In this document: positions 1 through 26,087 of the stretch, piece by piece
Layout of the letters: every line of letters begins with the position of its first letter
How positions within the stretch are numbered: position 1 is the stretch's first letter
From: the human T2T-CHM13v2.0 reference genome, Homo sapiens
DNA length: 64,000 nt
NCBI RefSeq assembly: GCF_009914755.1
Contig: NC_060930.1
Direction: 5' to 3' (one strand)
The notes under the pieces: generated by a model
The model's database searches: none
What the model was told of the DNA's origin: nothing
What the model saw: only the letters and a program-made list of their open reading frames with translations
Position numbers and translations under genes: made by a program

Positions 1-2130
<2,130 letters not shown>

Positions 2131-2928
2131 CCCTCCGCTTCAAAAAATGTAAATTGATAAACATAGATAATTAAAGAAATGCATTTGGATATCCTCATCT
2201 GTCTCATCTGTTGTGCAGATAGTTCTAGCAAATTTAACGAGTACATGTAAAGCATTTATTTATTCATTAGAATAGAGGAAGTAATAATTTTACAATTTAT
2301 ATTTTAGTGTCCACCAGGGAGAACTGGTATGGCCTTGAGGAAATTCACTCCAAAATGTGATGGAATTGGCCTCCTGTATCACTAATTTCACAGTCACTCC
2401 AGGCATATCATTCAGTGGTTTGAAAACAGAAATAGACTACACACAGTTGTATATCTAGGAAGAAAAGTCATTCTGCTGAGGTTTATTTTGGAACACCTTG
2501 CTCATCAGAAAGCAAGCTGGGTAGAGGGCATAAATGGCTGATGGGAGGAAATTGGAGCAGGAGGCTGCTTTGATCCTACTGCACAAGTCACCATGCAGTC
2601 ACACAGGGCCCCATGCAGCTCACAGCTCTGCTGCTAATGTTTGAGTTCACATATTTATAGAGCTCTCCACCCTTTGTCCAGCAGCAATAACAAATGACCC
2701 CCATGAATGGTGAAAAAAATATCTTGAGTACATACACTAAATTGAATTTTCCTGGTTATCATGTAAACTTTGATATGATTGAAAAGACTGAAAGCTGTTA
2801 TATTAATATCAAAGTTGAATTCAAGACAAAAAGCATTAAAAGTGATAAAGAAAGTAATTTTTCTTGGCCAGGTGTGGTGGCCCACACCTATAATCCCAGC
2901 ACTTTGGGAGGCCGAGGTGGGCAGATCA

Positions 2929-3168
<240 letters not shown>

Positions 3169-3433
3169 CTAGGAGTTAAGTAAAGTCCATGTAAATTTTA
3201 CTTGTATAAAACTTATATACAGAATTTTCTCTCTGTAGATTATGACACTTTCCTTATGAAACTTGAGACTTCTGCTTAACCTCAAATTTTATTTGTATCT
3301 TCATCACTTTCTTCTTCTTCTCATCACTTCACAAAAATTGAGTTCACAGCAAGAGCTGATCACATCGCCCCTTGCAGTTAAACTGCAAGGAGCTAGGAAC
3401 TGTGGAAGGCAAATGGAATATTTGGTAAATCAA

Positions 3434-3466
3434 TCTCTCTCTCTCTCTCTCTCTCTCGAGAGAGAG
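3434..3466 (+). repeat. (TC)12 directly followed by (GA)4G
   Basis: Direct reading. Confidence 0.9.
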
Positions 3467-3676
3467 TTCCGTATCCCATGTTTTGGAATTTCCAAAATTG
3501 AACTTCAATTAAATGCCACTAAAATTTACTTTTTGGCAGAAAAGTTTGCGGTTTATGTGATACATGCTCTGTTTTACAAAATCTGTATATGTGAAATGAT
3601 TTTCAGGAATACGAATTTCATAGTGATGAGAGAACTCACTTCAAAAATGGTAACAGTTTTGTCTAATTAAAAGTGA

Positions 3677-4201
<525 letters not shown>

Positions 4202-5159
4202 TAAAGTTCCTCCTCACCTTGTGGGTTAAGCCCTACACAACACTGGCATCAGATCAGAGAGCTGCAGAGCACTGTGTGCCAGAGAGCCAAAGAATTACAT
4301 TCACAGATTTATGAAAATAAGAATATTTCATTAAAAAAAAAACAACAAAGACGTTTGGTTTAAGGGAAATAGCAGAACCTGACCCCCATCGCCAAGTCTT
4401 CCCCTGAGACCCTTGCTCTTGTCATGTAAATAGTTATCTCTCCACAGTACCTCTAAGTAGGGACCATTGTGTGGATCCTGTGACACTCAGATATTGACAG
4501 GATTCAGCCTACTTTATGAGTTGAAGTTCTGAAATAAGAAGGATGTCAATATTTCTTCCCAAAGAACATTACCTAGGGATTGATACAAATGATAACTATA
4601 AATCCCGCGAAGGGATAGTTGACATATTTGTTTATTCTCTAGAGCAGTGCTACCGAACCCTGGCTGTAAAATAGATTTACTTGGGAGAGATTTTTAAAAA
4701 TAGCTGCCCTCCTCCAACCTAAAGCACCAGGCATTTGTTGGGTAACCTTGGGCAAGTCACTCCATCCCTGTGGATCTCAGCTTCTTCTCCTGTAAAGTCA
4801 GCTTAATAAAACCTGCCCTGTCTACTTCAAGAAATGTGAGGATCAAATAAATTAACGGCTTTGTGAAACAATGTATGAGTATTACAAAAATGTTAATTAT
4901 GTTTAAATTCTTTAACCACACTCCTTGTAACCAAAGGCCTCTTTCTATTACAAGGACAGGCACTGCTGGAATACATTTGATGGCCATGAATGAAGTTATC
5001 TGACCCCTGTAGGGGCTGAGCCTTAGGATGTTGGACTGATTAGGCCCTATTTATGCAATAAGTAAAAACTCTGGCCTCATGATTATGGTCTTATTGGTTA
5101 ACTTGGAAATACTAGTGTTCTCTTGGGCCCGCATGCATACAAACCTGGATGCCATCTGG

Positions 5160-6870
<1,711 letters not shown>

Positions 6871-6883
6871 ATCAAGCGTCAGC

Positions 6884-6928
6884 GTGTGTGTGTGTGTGTG
6901 TGTGTGTGTCTGTGTGTGTGTATGTGTG
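6884..6928 (+). repeat. (TG)n microsatellite, interrupted
   Basis: Direct reading. Confidence 0.95.
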
Positions 6929-8890
6929 TTTATTCCAAGCCTCTGGCTTTTAGATCTTTTCCCACTAGAGAGGTTAATTTGGAATATGGAAAGGTCCATT
7001 TTTCTAGTCCTGGTTCTGCTCTTAACTACCTGTGTGACCTAGACTAGTCTTTTTACATACGTAGGCTTCGGTTGTCATTTGAGGGCATCATAATAAAAAT
7101 ATGTCTAAGTTTCTTTTCAGTCCTAAAACTCTACGGCTTGACACACAATTTTATCTGATCATTTTATAAGTAATTTCAGATTTGCAGTGTAGGTACTTTT
7201 ATGACATTGTTAGTGAAGCCAGTGATTGATTTGACCAAAGTCCTTTGTCAGGAAATTAAGCTCCTATAAATAATATCATTATTTTTGCAGAAAAAATATG
7301 AACTGCTTTTTAATTTCCATAATGGGTATACTGTATATTATAATTTGCAGCCTATTAGTGAACAAATGTCTGTGGTTGGGCTGTGCATGCTGTATAGATG
7401 GCTCCTGGGAAAGGCAGAAGCTTCTTTATGCACCCATTATTGACCAGATTTAACCCAAAGATGAGTTTGACAACACTCCAAGCACACCATCAGGTGAGTG
7501 ATCCAGGAACACTTTTAGTTCATTCTCTTCCCTCCAGATGGAGTTGGCATCACTGATATCACCTGATATTGGAGAGCTTGCAGATCAGTGTTTTCTCCAC
7601 TCTTCATCATTTGACAAAGGATGTGACTCATGAAGACCAGGCAACCTTAATACCGCAAAGTCCCATGTACTTAGGTGAAAATGGAAAATGTGGTGGTTGA
7701 GAACATGAAGTTTTTCATGCAATTTCAACCCAGACTACCACAAAGTCACCATAATCCTTTGTAACTCTTTGAGTCACTCCACAAACCCACCACAAACCAC
7801 TTTAATTCTAGACCAGCTTCTCCAAGCTACCCAGCTACCTATACCACTTCCCTTTTATCAATGAAAGAAATACATAGTCTAGAAAAATTCCTTGGGAAAA
7901 ACACGTTAATTCAGCAAATATTTTTGAACGCCTACAATGTGTCAAACACCGCTCTAGACACTAGGGATACACTTAGGAACAACACAAACATCTTTCATGG
8001 AGTTTACATTCTAGATAGCTAGAAGCTGACAAAAACAAAGCAAAACAAAAACAAAAACAAAAAACCCCGATGCTTTTGCTTTTGATTCTTCTTCATATCT
8101 TTTAAACATGCTCCAGGTCGTCATGATCTTTCTTAAAATGTCGCATCCCAAAATCGAGCAAAAATTCCATTCAACTATTCTAAACTGAAACCTGGCCTTC
8201 CAGATCATAATGAAAGTATATTTGTAGGGTGAGCATGGTAGCTTATTTTGGGAGGCCAAGGATGGAGGACCACTTGAGCCCAGGAGTTTGAGACCAGCCT
8301 GGGAAACATAGTGAGACTCCATAAAAAAAAATTAAAAATTTGCCCAGTGTGGTGGTATGTACTTACAGCCCTAGCTACTGGGAGGCTGAGGAGGGAGGAT
8401 GGCTTGAGCCCAGGGGTCGAGGCTGCAGTGAGTTATGATCACACCATGCACTCCAGCCTGGGTGACAGAGTGAAACCTTGCCTCTTAAAAAATATCTATC
8501 TATATATAATTTTTTATAAATATTTAAATAGAGATGGGATTTCACCATGTTGCCCAGGCTGGTCTGGAACTCCTGAGCTCAAGCAATCCTCCTGCCTCGG
8601 CTTCCCAAAGTGCTGGGATTACAGGCGTGTACCACCAATCTTGGCCAAAAAAAAGGGTATATTTTTAATATTTACATTTACCTTTGTCAAGGTAGGAGGA
8701 TCAAATGTATTTTATTTAAGTTTGTTGGCTTGATTTATAAGTCTTAAATATTTAGACCTGTGGTATGTAAGCCTCTACTTGTTCTTTGGTCTCATACCCT
8801 ACCGGTATTAGGGATTGATGAGTTAATGGGAGAGTGTTCCTCCCCACAGAATTTGTTTCCTACTCATGGCATCAAAATCCGTATATTTAA

Positions 8891-9213
<323 letters not shown>

Positions 9214-9837
9214 TGACCAAACTTTCTGTTGCAAAAAAAGAAACAAAAAAAACCACAGAGATTTGTGCAGGTTAGCTGAAGCAGTGGAACATTTAGTATA
9301 AGAATTCTCATGGGATAGGAGAGAGTTGTTAGGACTCCAAGAATAGAAACCATAGGCAGCTGGGCCTTGCAGAGAGGCAAAGTGGAGTCAGGGCAGCTCC
9401 AGGGATCTTGCAGTAGGGATCATCATGCTGGTGCCCTGGAGGTAACATGGCTCCAAGCCACTGCTTTTCTGGATGCATTTCTTCCTCTCATTCTTACCTG
9501 GATTCCCGTGAGTTTTGTGTTCCCTTTGCCTCATAGCTTGTCATTCGTGATGTGGCTTGCCCACAAGGACTCTCTGCAACCCTGTAACTGAGCATATTTC
9601 TGGCATTCCCCAGGCTGCCATCAGCTTAACATGCTCCGTATTTCTCAATTCAAAATATCAAGGATGGCTGGGCGCGGTGGCTCATGGTTGTAATCCCATC
9701 ATTTTGGGGGGCCGAGGCGGGCAGATCACCTGAGATCGGGAGTTCAAGACCAGCCTGATCAACATGGAGAAAACTTGTCTCTACTAAAAATACAAAATTA
9801 GCCAGGCGTGGTGGTACATGCCCTGTAATCCCAGCTA

Positions 9838-9963
<126 letters not shown>

Positions 9964-11018
9964 TCAAGGACCAGAATGTAATTGGATCTCTGTGCTCCTT
10001 GAAAGGAAGCCAGTTTCCTGGTCTAATTAATACATCTGGTGGAGCATCATTGGTTGATTGAGTGTCCTTCTGTTAGGTGTGCACCCCTATCTAAGTAGCT
10101 ATGGTCCGAGGGGATCATGTAATAGAAAACCTGGCTGCTGACGGCTGGCTTATGATGGGACAGTTTTTCTTAGAAGTGGCTGTGGGCACAGAAGACACCA
10201 TGGTTATTCAGTACAGTAGTTGTGGTGAGTCTCTGGCCACCCTATCATATTTGCTACACATTCTCCAAGAAAACAGTTCATCTCCTGACTAGCCATGATA
10301 CACCACCATAGCATATCTCTATAGTGGAACACTAACGCCAGTATATATTTCTTCTTAATAAGGCAGGTGTAAGGATTATTAAATTTGCTATCATCAGTGG
10401 TTCTTCCTCATTTTTCTGAGGTGCACAGGTTAATGCTTCTTCCTCAGAAGGTTCATAATTCACTTCAGGTGGGGTCTGCACCCCACTTAGTCGGGGGCCA
10501 GGGAAGATATCTTCTGCATAAAGCACTAGCAAAATGGTGATGGTTTGGGTCCTGGGGTCCAGAGCTAGATTTGGTAGAGGGGAGATTTATGAGTGTGAAC
10601 CAAGTTTTTTACAAAATGCCAAGGAAAGAGATTGAGAAAGCCAAGTCCAGGCGGCAAGTCCAGAAGGCAGAACAAGGTCAAAAGCAGGAGACAGTCCAAG
10701 GATCGGGAATTGGGCAAAATTGGAACAGATGGAGGGTGACGTGAGAACTGCTGACACAGGAGCCAAAGTGTCTGTGTTTGCTTTTATGGACTCACCAGGC
10801 AGGGCATGGGGGATATTCTGGAAGAGCCTATTTCCTTCTCCTTCTCCCTTTACTCCTGGGCAGGTTCTTTTGTTTCAACCTCTGAGAGTCATTCCAACCC
10901 TTCTTCATCAACTTGGAAGCTTTTACTTTCTGCTGGGGTTATTTTTTCCTGCCTGTCTCAGAATTCTCCAATTTCTTTAATAACCTGGAGTTCAGCATGA
11001 CATATCTCAAGCCTTTTA

Positions 11019-11394
<376 letters not shown>

Positions 11395-12332
11395 TCATTG
11401 AAACTATTCCCTCAGCGCATGTGTGCTTGAGAATCAAGAACAGCAAGCTTCATGTCTTCCTCAAGGAAACTCTGCTCCTGTCTTATGACATTCCTGGGAA
11501 GAGCTGCTTTATACAGTTCTTTTTATGTTGTGTATCCAGCCCCACCCCAGTCCCAAGCCTGATAATCTACCACGGAAAGATAGCAGTTACTAAGGTGGCT
11601 TGTTATCACAGGTCTGATACACTCCCTCATCATCTCACAGATGCGCACCTGATTCTTGACGTTGGGTAATCCACACGATGACCAGCAATACTACCTTGCT
11701 CACATACCTCCCTGTGTTGCATATTCCACACCTCTATCATGACTGCTGTCTGTAAAGGACACATGTCCAGCTTTATAGTCAGAGATGATGCCATTAATAA
11801 TTCCAAAGAGAAAAATCTTTTGAATTGGCTCTACTAATTCTAAAATCATTAAAATGTCATTGTTCCTAAGGAAAATGGTCTAAGATCTATCCTCAGTTGC
11901 TGTACTCACAAATGACCAAATAAGTCTGAATTCGTATCTCCACCTGCAACAACGTTTCTTGTTATGTTTTCAGAATACCCGTGAAGTTACCAGCCTAGGG
12001 GTGACTTTAAGGGTGGAGTGTGTGCATGTGGGGAGAAGAGGTTTGTCCATAGAACTTCTTTTTAAAATGCATTTATAAATCGTGGTCTAGGGTGCCCCAA
12101 ATCTTACTATTAGTGCTATATGATGAGAGCATTGACAAGAAAATGGGTTTTTGTGGACTGGCATGGGAGTTAGGCTCTCGCTTTTACTTTACGTGGGCGA
12201 GGCACAGTGGCTCATACCTATAGTCCCAATGCTTTGGGAGGCCAAGGCAGGAGGCTCTCTTGAGCCCAGGAGCTTGAAACCAGTTTGGGCAACAAAAACA
12301 AGATCCCATCCCTACGAAAAATTTAAAAATTA

Positions 12333-12473
<141 letters not shown>

Positions 12474-12654
12474 CTAAAAGCAAACAAACAAACGAAAAAA
12501 CCCCATAAACATGTAACAGGAGCGTCATCAGCCCTTTGACGCTAGTATGTAGTGTGTTCTGCAATAGTTTAGAACTTACACAAATATAGGCCTTTCTCAA
12601 ACAACCAAGTGGTATTTTCTGAGTTTGTATAGTGGAGAAGATATAGGCGTTAAA

Positions 12655-15000
<2,346 letters not shown>

Positions 15001-15474
15001 TGTAATCGTCACAGCAGTCATGGATGGATTGTGTACACTTTCAGATGAGGAAACACACCTATTGAGGACAACAGGATTGCTCCCTGTCACCCAGCCTGTA
15101 AGCGGCAAAACAAGAACTAGAACCCAATCTTCCAGCCCGGGTGCCTAGCAGTGTCTCCAATCCGCAGCGCCGGGTGCTACGGCTGTCCGGGCATAAAACA
15201 TGGTCCCTTAGCTCATGATGCTTATGATCTCAACCGGAAAACACGAACACACTAGAGAAGATAAACTCCAAGGGAGGTGAGGCAGATGTGTACATTTCTT
15301 TTGTGTCTTCTGTCATACTCATAGTTAAGTCAATGTTAGATGAATACATACTTGTAAAATGAATTTGTGCATGAATGAATGTTATAGAACAACAACAACA
15401 ACAAAAAAAAATCAACGAGGTGAATGAGTGTCAGATGGGGCAACCATGCTGGAAGTGTCTTGCAGAGTAATTAA

Positions 15475-15681
<207 letters not shown>

Positions 15682-15838
15682 TAATTTTTTTGTAGAGAGG
15701 AGGTCTCACTATGTTGCCTAGGCTGGTCTTGAACTTGTGAAAATTGTTCACATTCCTCCCCACCCCTTGGCCTCCCAAAGTGCTGGTGTGAGCCACTGTG
15801 CCCAGCCTATGGAATTCACATATGCCTGCCCCATTGTG

Positions 15839-15916
15839 TTAGGTTGGTGAAAAGGATTCGCAGTGTTTGCCATCACTTTTAATGGCAAAACCGTGATTAC
15901 TTTTGCAGCAAATTAA
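15839..15916. mobile_element. MADE1 (Hsmar1-derived ~80 bp palindromic MITE), degenerate
   Basis: ttaggttggtgaaaaggattcgcagtgtttgccat-cactttta-atggcaaaaccgtgattacttttgcagcaaattaa matches the recalled MADE1 consensus. Confidence 0.9.
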
Positions 15917-16275
15917 TAAATAATTTACATAGATTATCTTGTTTAAACCTCATAGCAATCCTACAAAAATATGTTATTTTTATTGTCTTTTTTTCTGATA
16001 GAATTCATAGAAATCAAATATCTTGCCCAGGGTCACATGGCTAGGAAGTGGCTGGCCTGGAATTTGAAGCCAGGCAGTTTGACTTCAGAGTTACCTATTT
16101 TAGTCATTTTCAAACTTCTTTGCACATGGTAAACACCTGGGTTGCACCCGAAAAGTTTAATTGGCCCATGGTGTGGTCTGGACAGCTGGGATTTATAAAA
16201 GCTCCCCAGGTGATTATAATGTACAGCCAAGTTTGAGAAACACTGCATTATAATAATTCCCTCAAATGACACTAA

Positions 16276-16565
<290 letters not shown>

Positions 16566-18159
16566 TGACCATGCCTGGCTAAGTTTTGTATTTTTAGTAG
16601 AGATGAGGTTTCACCATGTTGGCCAGGCTGGTCTCAAACTTCTGACCTTTCGCGTCAGCCTCCCAAAGTGCTAGGATTACAGGCATGAGCCACCGTGCCT
16701 GGCCCTAAACTCTTATTTTTAAGGGGTTCTCCCTCAAATGTCTTATGTGAACATTGTGCTTAACAAAACCTTGTATTAGAGAATTTCTTTTCCTTTAGAG
16801 ATCATAATCATGAACATTCACCTTCTGATTTGCTAGATTTCTGAGAAAACACAATATTTTATCCCCTGTTGAGGCCCCTGGAAAGAGCTTTAATGTAAGA
16901 CAAGAAAGAACATTTTCTAATCAAATGTCATTTGACTCAAAGATTGCGTACTGGGACACAATAACCAACTTAATAATTTCTGACTACATTTCCATCCCAA
17001 ATAAACAACCAACTAAAATCACATTATTTATGCAATCACACCATTGCATAATTGATTAATAACAAATATGTCTTGAATCTCACTCTGACATTTGGCATTT
17101 CCTATGACTATCATTTCCTCCTCCATGGCTGGGCCTCCATGGATTTACCCTGTGCTTCCCTCCGATATTCCTTCTATAGAGGGTCCTGGACTAGCATGCC
17201 CATCTTTTCCTGCTTCCACCTAGAACAAGCCCTGAGAGTTGTGGGGGCAAAGGGCTTGAAGAGCAGAACGTCTAGTTTCCAAAGTGGTCAATGGCTGCCC
17301 TATGAAAAAGTACCATACTATAGTGGAAGGAGAGTGGGGACCCAGCTCAGGATGGTTCCAGCAGAGAAGAGAGCACAGGGGGAGCATGAGTTAGGGGGAG
17401 TCAGTGCTTAGACAGGTGGGCTCCTGGTTGTGCAGGTGGGGCAAATGTGCCAGACACATGCAGTTTAGAAGGAATCCCAGAACAAGTTTAATGATCCAAT
17501 TACAACTCAGACTACCTGACAATGATGTAAGGGAAAGGAAGATGAACAAGCCACACAGAATGGGCTTTGCTTCCAGCCTTGCCCTCCTCCCAGGGGCGTC
17601 TCTGACCACCACTCTAATTTTTAAGCTCCATGTTCTTGGCATCTCAGGGGTGAGGGATGTGGTGGCAAGAGGAAGAATGGCTGTTTTTGAATTTTTTGAG
17701 TAAGTCCATACAAAAATGAGTGGAGATGTATGTTTGGAAATGGGGATCTAGAGATTTGAGTGCATCTCAAGTTCAATGCAATTGAGTGTTCCTCAGGGTG
17801 CCACCTTCAGTCTTTTTCTCTTAGCTTCCTACCTGTTTCCCTGAGCAATGCCATCTTCACTTCCTCGTGGTTTAAATGACCACTTATAAGCTGACAGCTC
17901 CCTGCCTGTACCCCTAAGACAGCCATACCATATGAAGTTCAATGTTCAGTCCCTACCCCTACAACCTGTGATGCCTGAGAAAAGGATTATCTTCAATAAT
18001 CAATAAACCTTTATCTGCTAGCACACCCAATAGTACTTAAATTGCTGAATGAATGCTGACTCTAATAGCAGGAGAAAGACTAAATAATAATTGTACTGCC
18101 ACATTACAACATTATACAGCTATTTAAAAATCTTGCTTTTGAAAAATATTTAGTGACAC

Positions 18160-18706
18160 TGTTACCAGTAGAAGGTTTGACTACAAGTTGTCCAGGTTCT
18201 TGGCTTTTTGAACAAAGAATTGGACAAAATGCACAGCAAAGCAGAGAAAGAATGAAGTAACAAAAGCAGAGATTTATTGAAAATGAAAGTGCTCCACAGG
18301 GTGGGACCTGGCTGAGCAGTGGCTCAAGGGCCCTGGTTACAGAATCTTCTGGGGTCCAAATACTGCCTAGAGGTTTCCCACTGGCCACTTGGTATTCATC
18401 CCATGCAAATAAAGTAGTGGCCTGCAATCAGTCTGATTGGTTGCTTTTGCTTGCTGCAACCAATGAGAGGCCGAAGTGAAGTTACAAAAGTTACACTCCT
18501 ATGCAAACGTTTGATTGGTTGCAGATGTTTCTGCCACGCAGAAAAGGCTAGGGGCGGTGGGGTGGTGGAGGTTACAAAGGGAGTAGCCTCTGGTCCTTTT
18601 GTTACTTAGGCATGGAAAGTTGAGGTTTTCCTTTCAATTTAGTTCTAGGAAGTCAGCATGAATCAGCCTTAGGTTCCCTGCCTCAAGACCCTATTCTCCT
18701 GCCTCA
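18160..18706 (-). mobile_element. Solo ERV1-class LTR, MER51-like
   Basis: TG...CA termini; minus strand starts TGAGGCAGGAGAATAGGG; several CCAAT boxes; AATAAA on minus near 18273; flanks ACAC/ACTC (4-bp TSD, 1 mismatch); subfamily from recall. Confidence 0.82.
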
Positions 18707-19287
18707 ACTCCAGGAAGGGTGAATGAAATAGAAAGAAAGATAGTGGAGATACAATACTGTATCGTAATGTGATCACAACAACCTTGTGAAAACATTCACA
18801 TGTATGAGCAGACAAAAAAGATGAGAAGAAAATACATCACCATCATAGCAGTAATTATCTCCAGTGATAGGACTTGATTGCTTTTCTTTTTCTTTTTAGA
18901 CTTCCCAAATTTTCAATGCATAAAGGATTATTTGTCATATTTAAATATAAATAACTTAATATTTTATGATATATTTCATTTCTAAATATCTGCCTCGATT
19001 ATCCTCCTGTTGTCGAAAGTTAACACCAATAGTGAAATAAATTTCTATTAATACCCACTGTTCAGGAATCACAGATTTTCAAGCATATTTTCAGCTCACA
19101 AATTACAGCTACACATAAGTAATAAATCTGGGACATGACTATTTTCTGCAAATCGGAATGACTATGCTTAAGGCACATAAATAGAATTCTGTCCAATTCC
19201 CACCAGCCACTGGTGAATTTGTCATATAATGTTTTATAAGGCAAAAAGCACATCACATAAGAAGTGATTGGAAAGTCAGAGCTGTAG

Positions 19288-19500
<213 letters not shown>

Positions 19501-19637
19501 TAGTAAAGACAGGGTTTCACCGTGTTGGCCAGGCTGGTCTCGAATGCCCGACCTCAGGTGATCCGCCCACCTCGGCCTCCCAGAGTGCTGGGGTTACAGG
19601 CATGAGCCACTGTGCCCGGCCAATAACTGATTTTTTA

Positions 19638-20039
<402 letters not shown>

Positions 20040-20481
20040 TTAAAATAAAACAATGACAGGTATGTACTACAGTTGCGACTTGGTAAATTGCTTGAACTAA
20101 TATCTCCATGGCTTAGATTTGTATTTGTCACTTCATGCTGCCAATGAATCCCGTCAGCTGGGAGCTCTCTCATAGGTACATCTTTTGGGCCACCTTCTGT
20201 GGTCCCTAAACCATTCTTTATGGAGCCAAATCTCTGACTTCCCAGTGATAGCTGTTTAAGCTTTGGTTATATTTCTTTGTATTTTTCTTTCCACATTCAC
20301 CCAAATAGATTAATTATTACGTACCTTTCTTACTTTGTCCTGTCTGCTAGTGATAACACTGTCTATACTGGAGCATTCATGCCTGCTTCATAGGCAGGGC
20401 AAGGCATTTATAAACCACTGTGTGCAGGGCACAGAGGCTCAGATAATCTGTTACTTAAATAATAAAATGAAACAAGAAGCA

Positions 20482-22982
<2,501 letters not shown>

Positions 22983-23148
22983 CTATGAAGAATGACATCA
23001 GGGATTCTTTTAAAAATACTCAAAATTGGCTGGGTGCGGTGGCTCACACCTGTAATCCCAACACTTTGGGAGGCCGAGGCAGGTGGATCACTTGAGGTCA
23101 GGAGTTCATGACCAGCCTGGCCAAGATGGTGAAACTCTGTCTCTACTA

Positions 23149-23307
<159 letters not shown>

Positions 23308-23379
23308 TCAAAACAAACAAACAAAACCTTGAAATTATTTTAAAAACAGTGTACACTAAACATTTTTCTCTTCTTTTTA

Positions 23380-23601
<222 letters not shown>

Positions 23602-23969
23602 TTAGCTAAGCATTGTGGTGCATGCCTCTGGTCCCAGAAACTTGGGAGGCTGAGGTGGGAGGATCACTTGTGCCCAGGGAGGTCGAGGCTGCAGTGAGCT
23701 GTGATTGCACTTCTGTACTCCAGCCTGGGTGACAGATCAAGATCCTATCTCAAAAATAAACAAATAAAAAAATATATACCATCTCTCTAGAAAAGTTCAA
23801 ATACCTTTAACATAGAGCATATAGCATATATACAGAGCATATTTACAGAGATTAGTTCCTTTTCTAAGATAAAACAACTTTCAATAAAATGGTCTTTATC
23901 TTTTAAATTTTATAGACATACTCTAGATACTAATATACTAATAGTTCACAATAGGTTTTTTTTTTTTAG

Positions 23970-24348
<379 letters not shown>

Positions 24349-25118
24349 CTAGGTAAAAGAGAAATAAATTCTGAGTTTATTTCCAATGACGTAGGTGTAC
24401 TTGTTCTACATACAACTTCATTATCCAAATAGGTGATGATGTGGCATGTTCTTCTCATTCTTCTTTTGCAAATCTCATACTAAAGAAATAAATTGACTTA
24501 CTGAGAGGATGGCAATGTTACATCCCCATCATATCCATCTTTAGCTTAGATGAGACAGCTAAACCGGTCAAGGGACTTAGGCTCATTGAAATCAGAGTGG
24601 ATTCCATCAGCAGATTCCTTGGGGGTTTCAACCATCTTCTAGCATACTGATTTTCTACCAACTCCTGCACTCACCCACATTTTATACACCCCTCCCGCTC
24701 TGCTGCAGGATATAGAGTATAAGGAAGCTGAGCTTCCGCCCCCTTCTAAGAGCAGTATCCTTAGACTCCACCTCCAGACAGGGCCTGCTGTATTTTCTTC
24801 CCAAAGGTTCTTTGTTAGGGCTTCTGTTCATTAATGGAATTTAAATCAGATTAGCAGAGCTAACTTCTGCCTCTATTAATTTCTATTTCCATTTGATTGT
24901 CTCTGATTTAATTAGGGACACTAGGTCTCATCTTTTAATGAGTTTTTAAGACCCCAATTTATTCAAGCAGAAACAAAATACTAGCTGGGAACGGTGGCTC
25001 ACGCCTGTAATCCCAGCACTTTGGGAGGCTGAGGAGGGCGGATCACCTGAGGTCAGGAGTTCCAGACCAGCTTGGCCAACATGGTGAAATCCTGTCTCTA
25101 CTAAAAATACAGAAATTA

Positions 25119-25412
<294 letters not shown>

Positions 25413-25925
25413 TCAATGTTTGAATGCATTAAAATGAGTCCAGGAGAAAACATACCCCCAACAGATTCAAAACAAATAAAAGAATGCAATAGATAGATTA
25501 TAAAACTTCAGAAATTAAAAAAGGACAATAATTTAGAGTTTTTCCTGCACAACTTCTGCATCCCCATATTCACTTCTCACCCCGTGCTTGTGTATGTGAA
25601 GGCATCTGTCCAACACATCACTACCACTTGGGTGATACGGATATGCAATATCCAACCACATTCCTCCTTCTTCCCAATAGGACTCATGAGATTTCTCTTC
25701 TGTATCAGGATCATCCATTTCCCCGCTCTTCTCTAGTCTGAATTGTGAATGGTAAACAAAATGGGAAAGGAATACAAGAAAATCATGTACAATATAGAAG
25801 AGAAAAACATGCTTATAGTTCCCATTAGTCAAAACTGGAATTATCTCCATGTATATATGCAGTATGCTTCCTATGAGATAAATTAGGAGAAAATAATTCT
25901 TATCCATGTCATAGAATTTATATCA

Positions 25926-26087
<162 letters not shown>

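Noticed and set aside
3449-3466. 18-bp (CT)n/(GA)n palindrome
   Set aside because: Common microsatellite junction and short
25533-25907. 124-aa minus-strand ORF in a TPMT intron
   Set aside because: No recognisable homology, no retrocopy hallmarks (polyA tail or TSD), AT-rich N-terminal half; treated as chance
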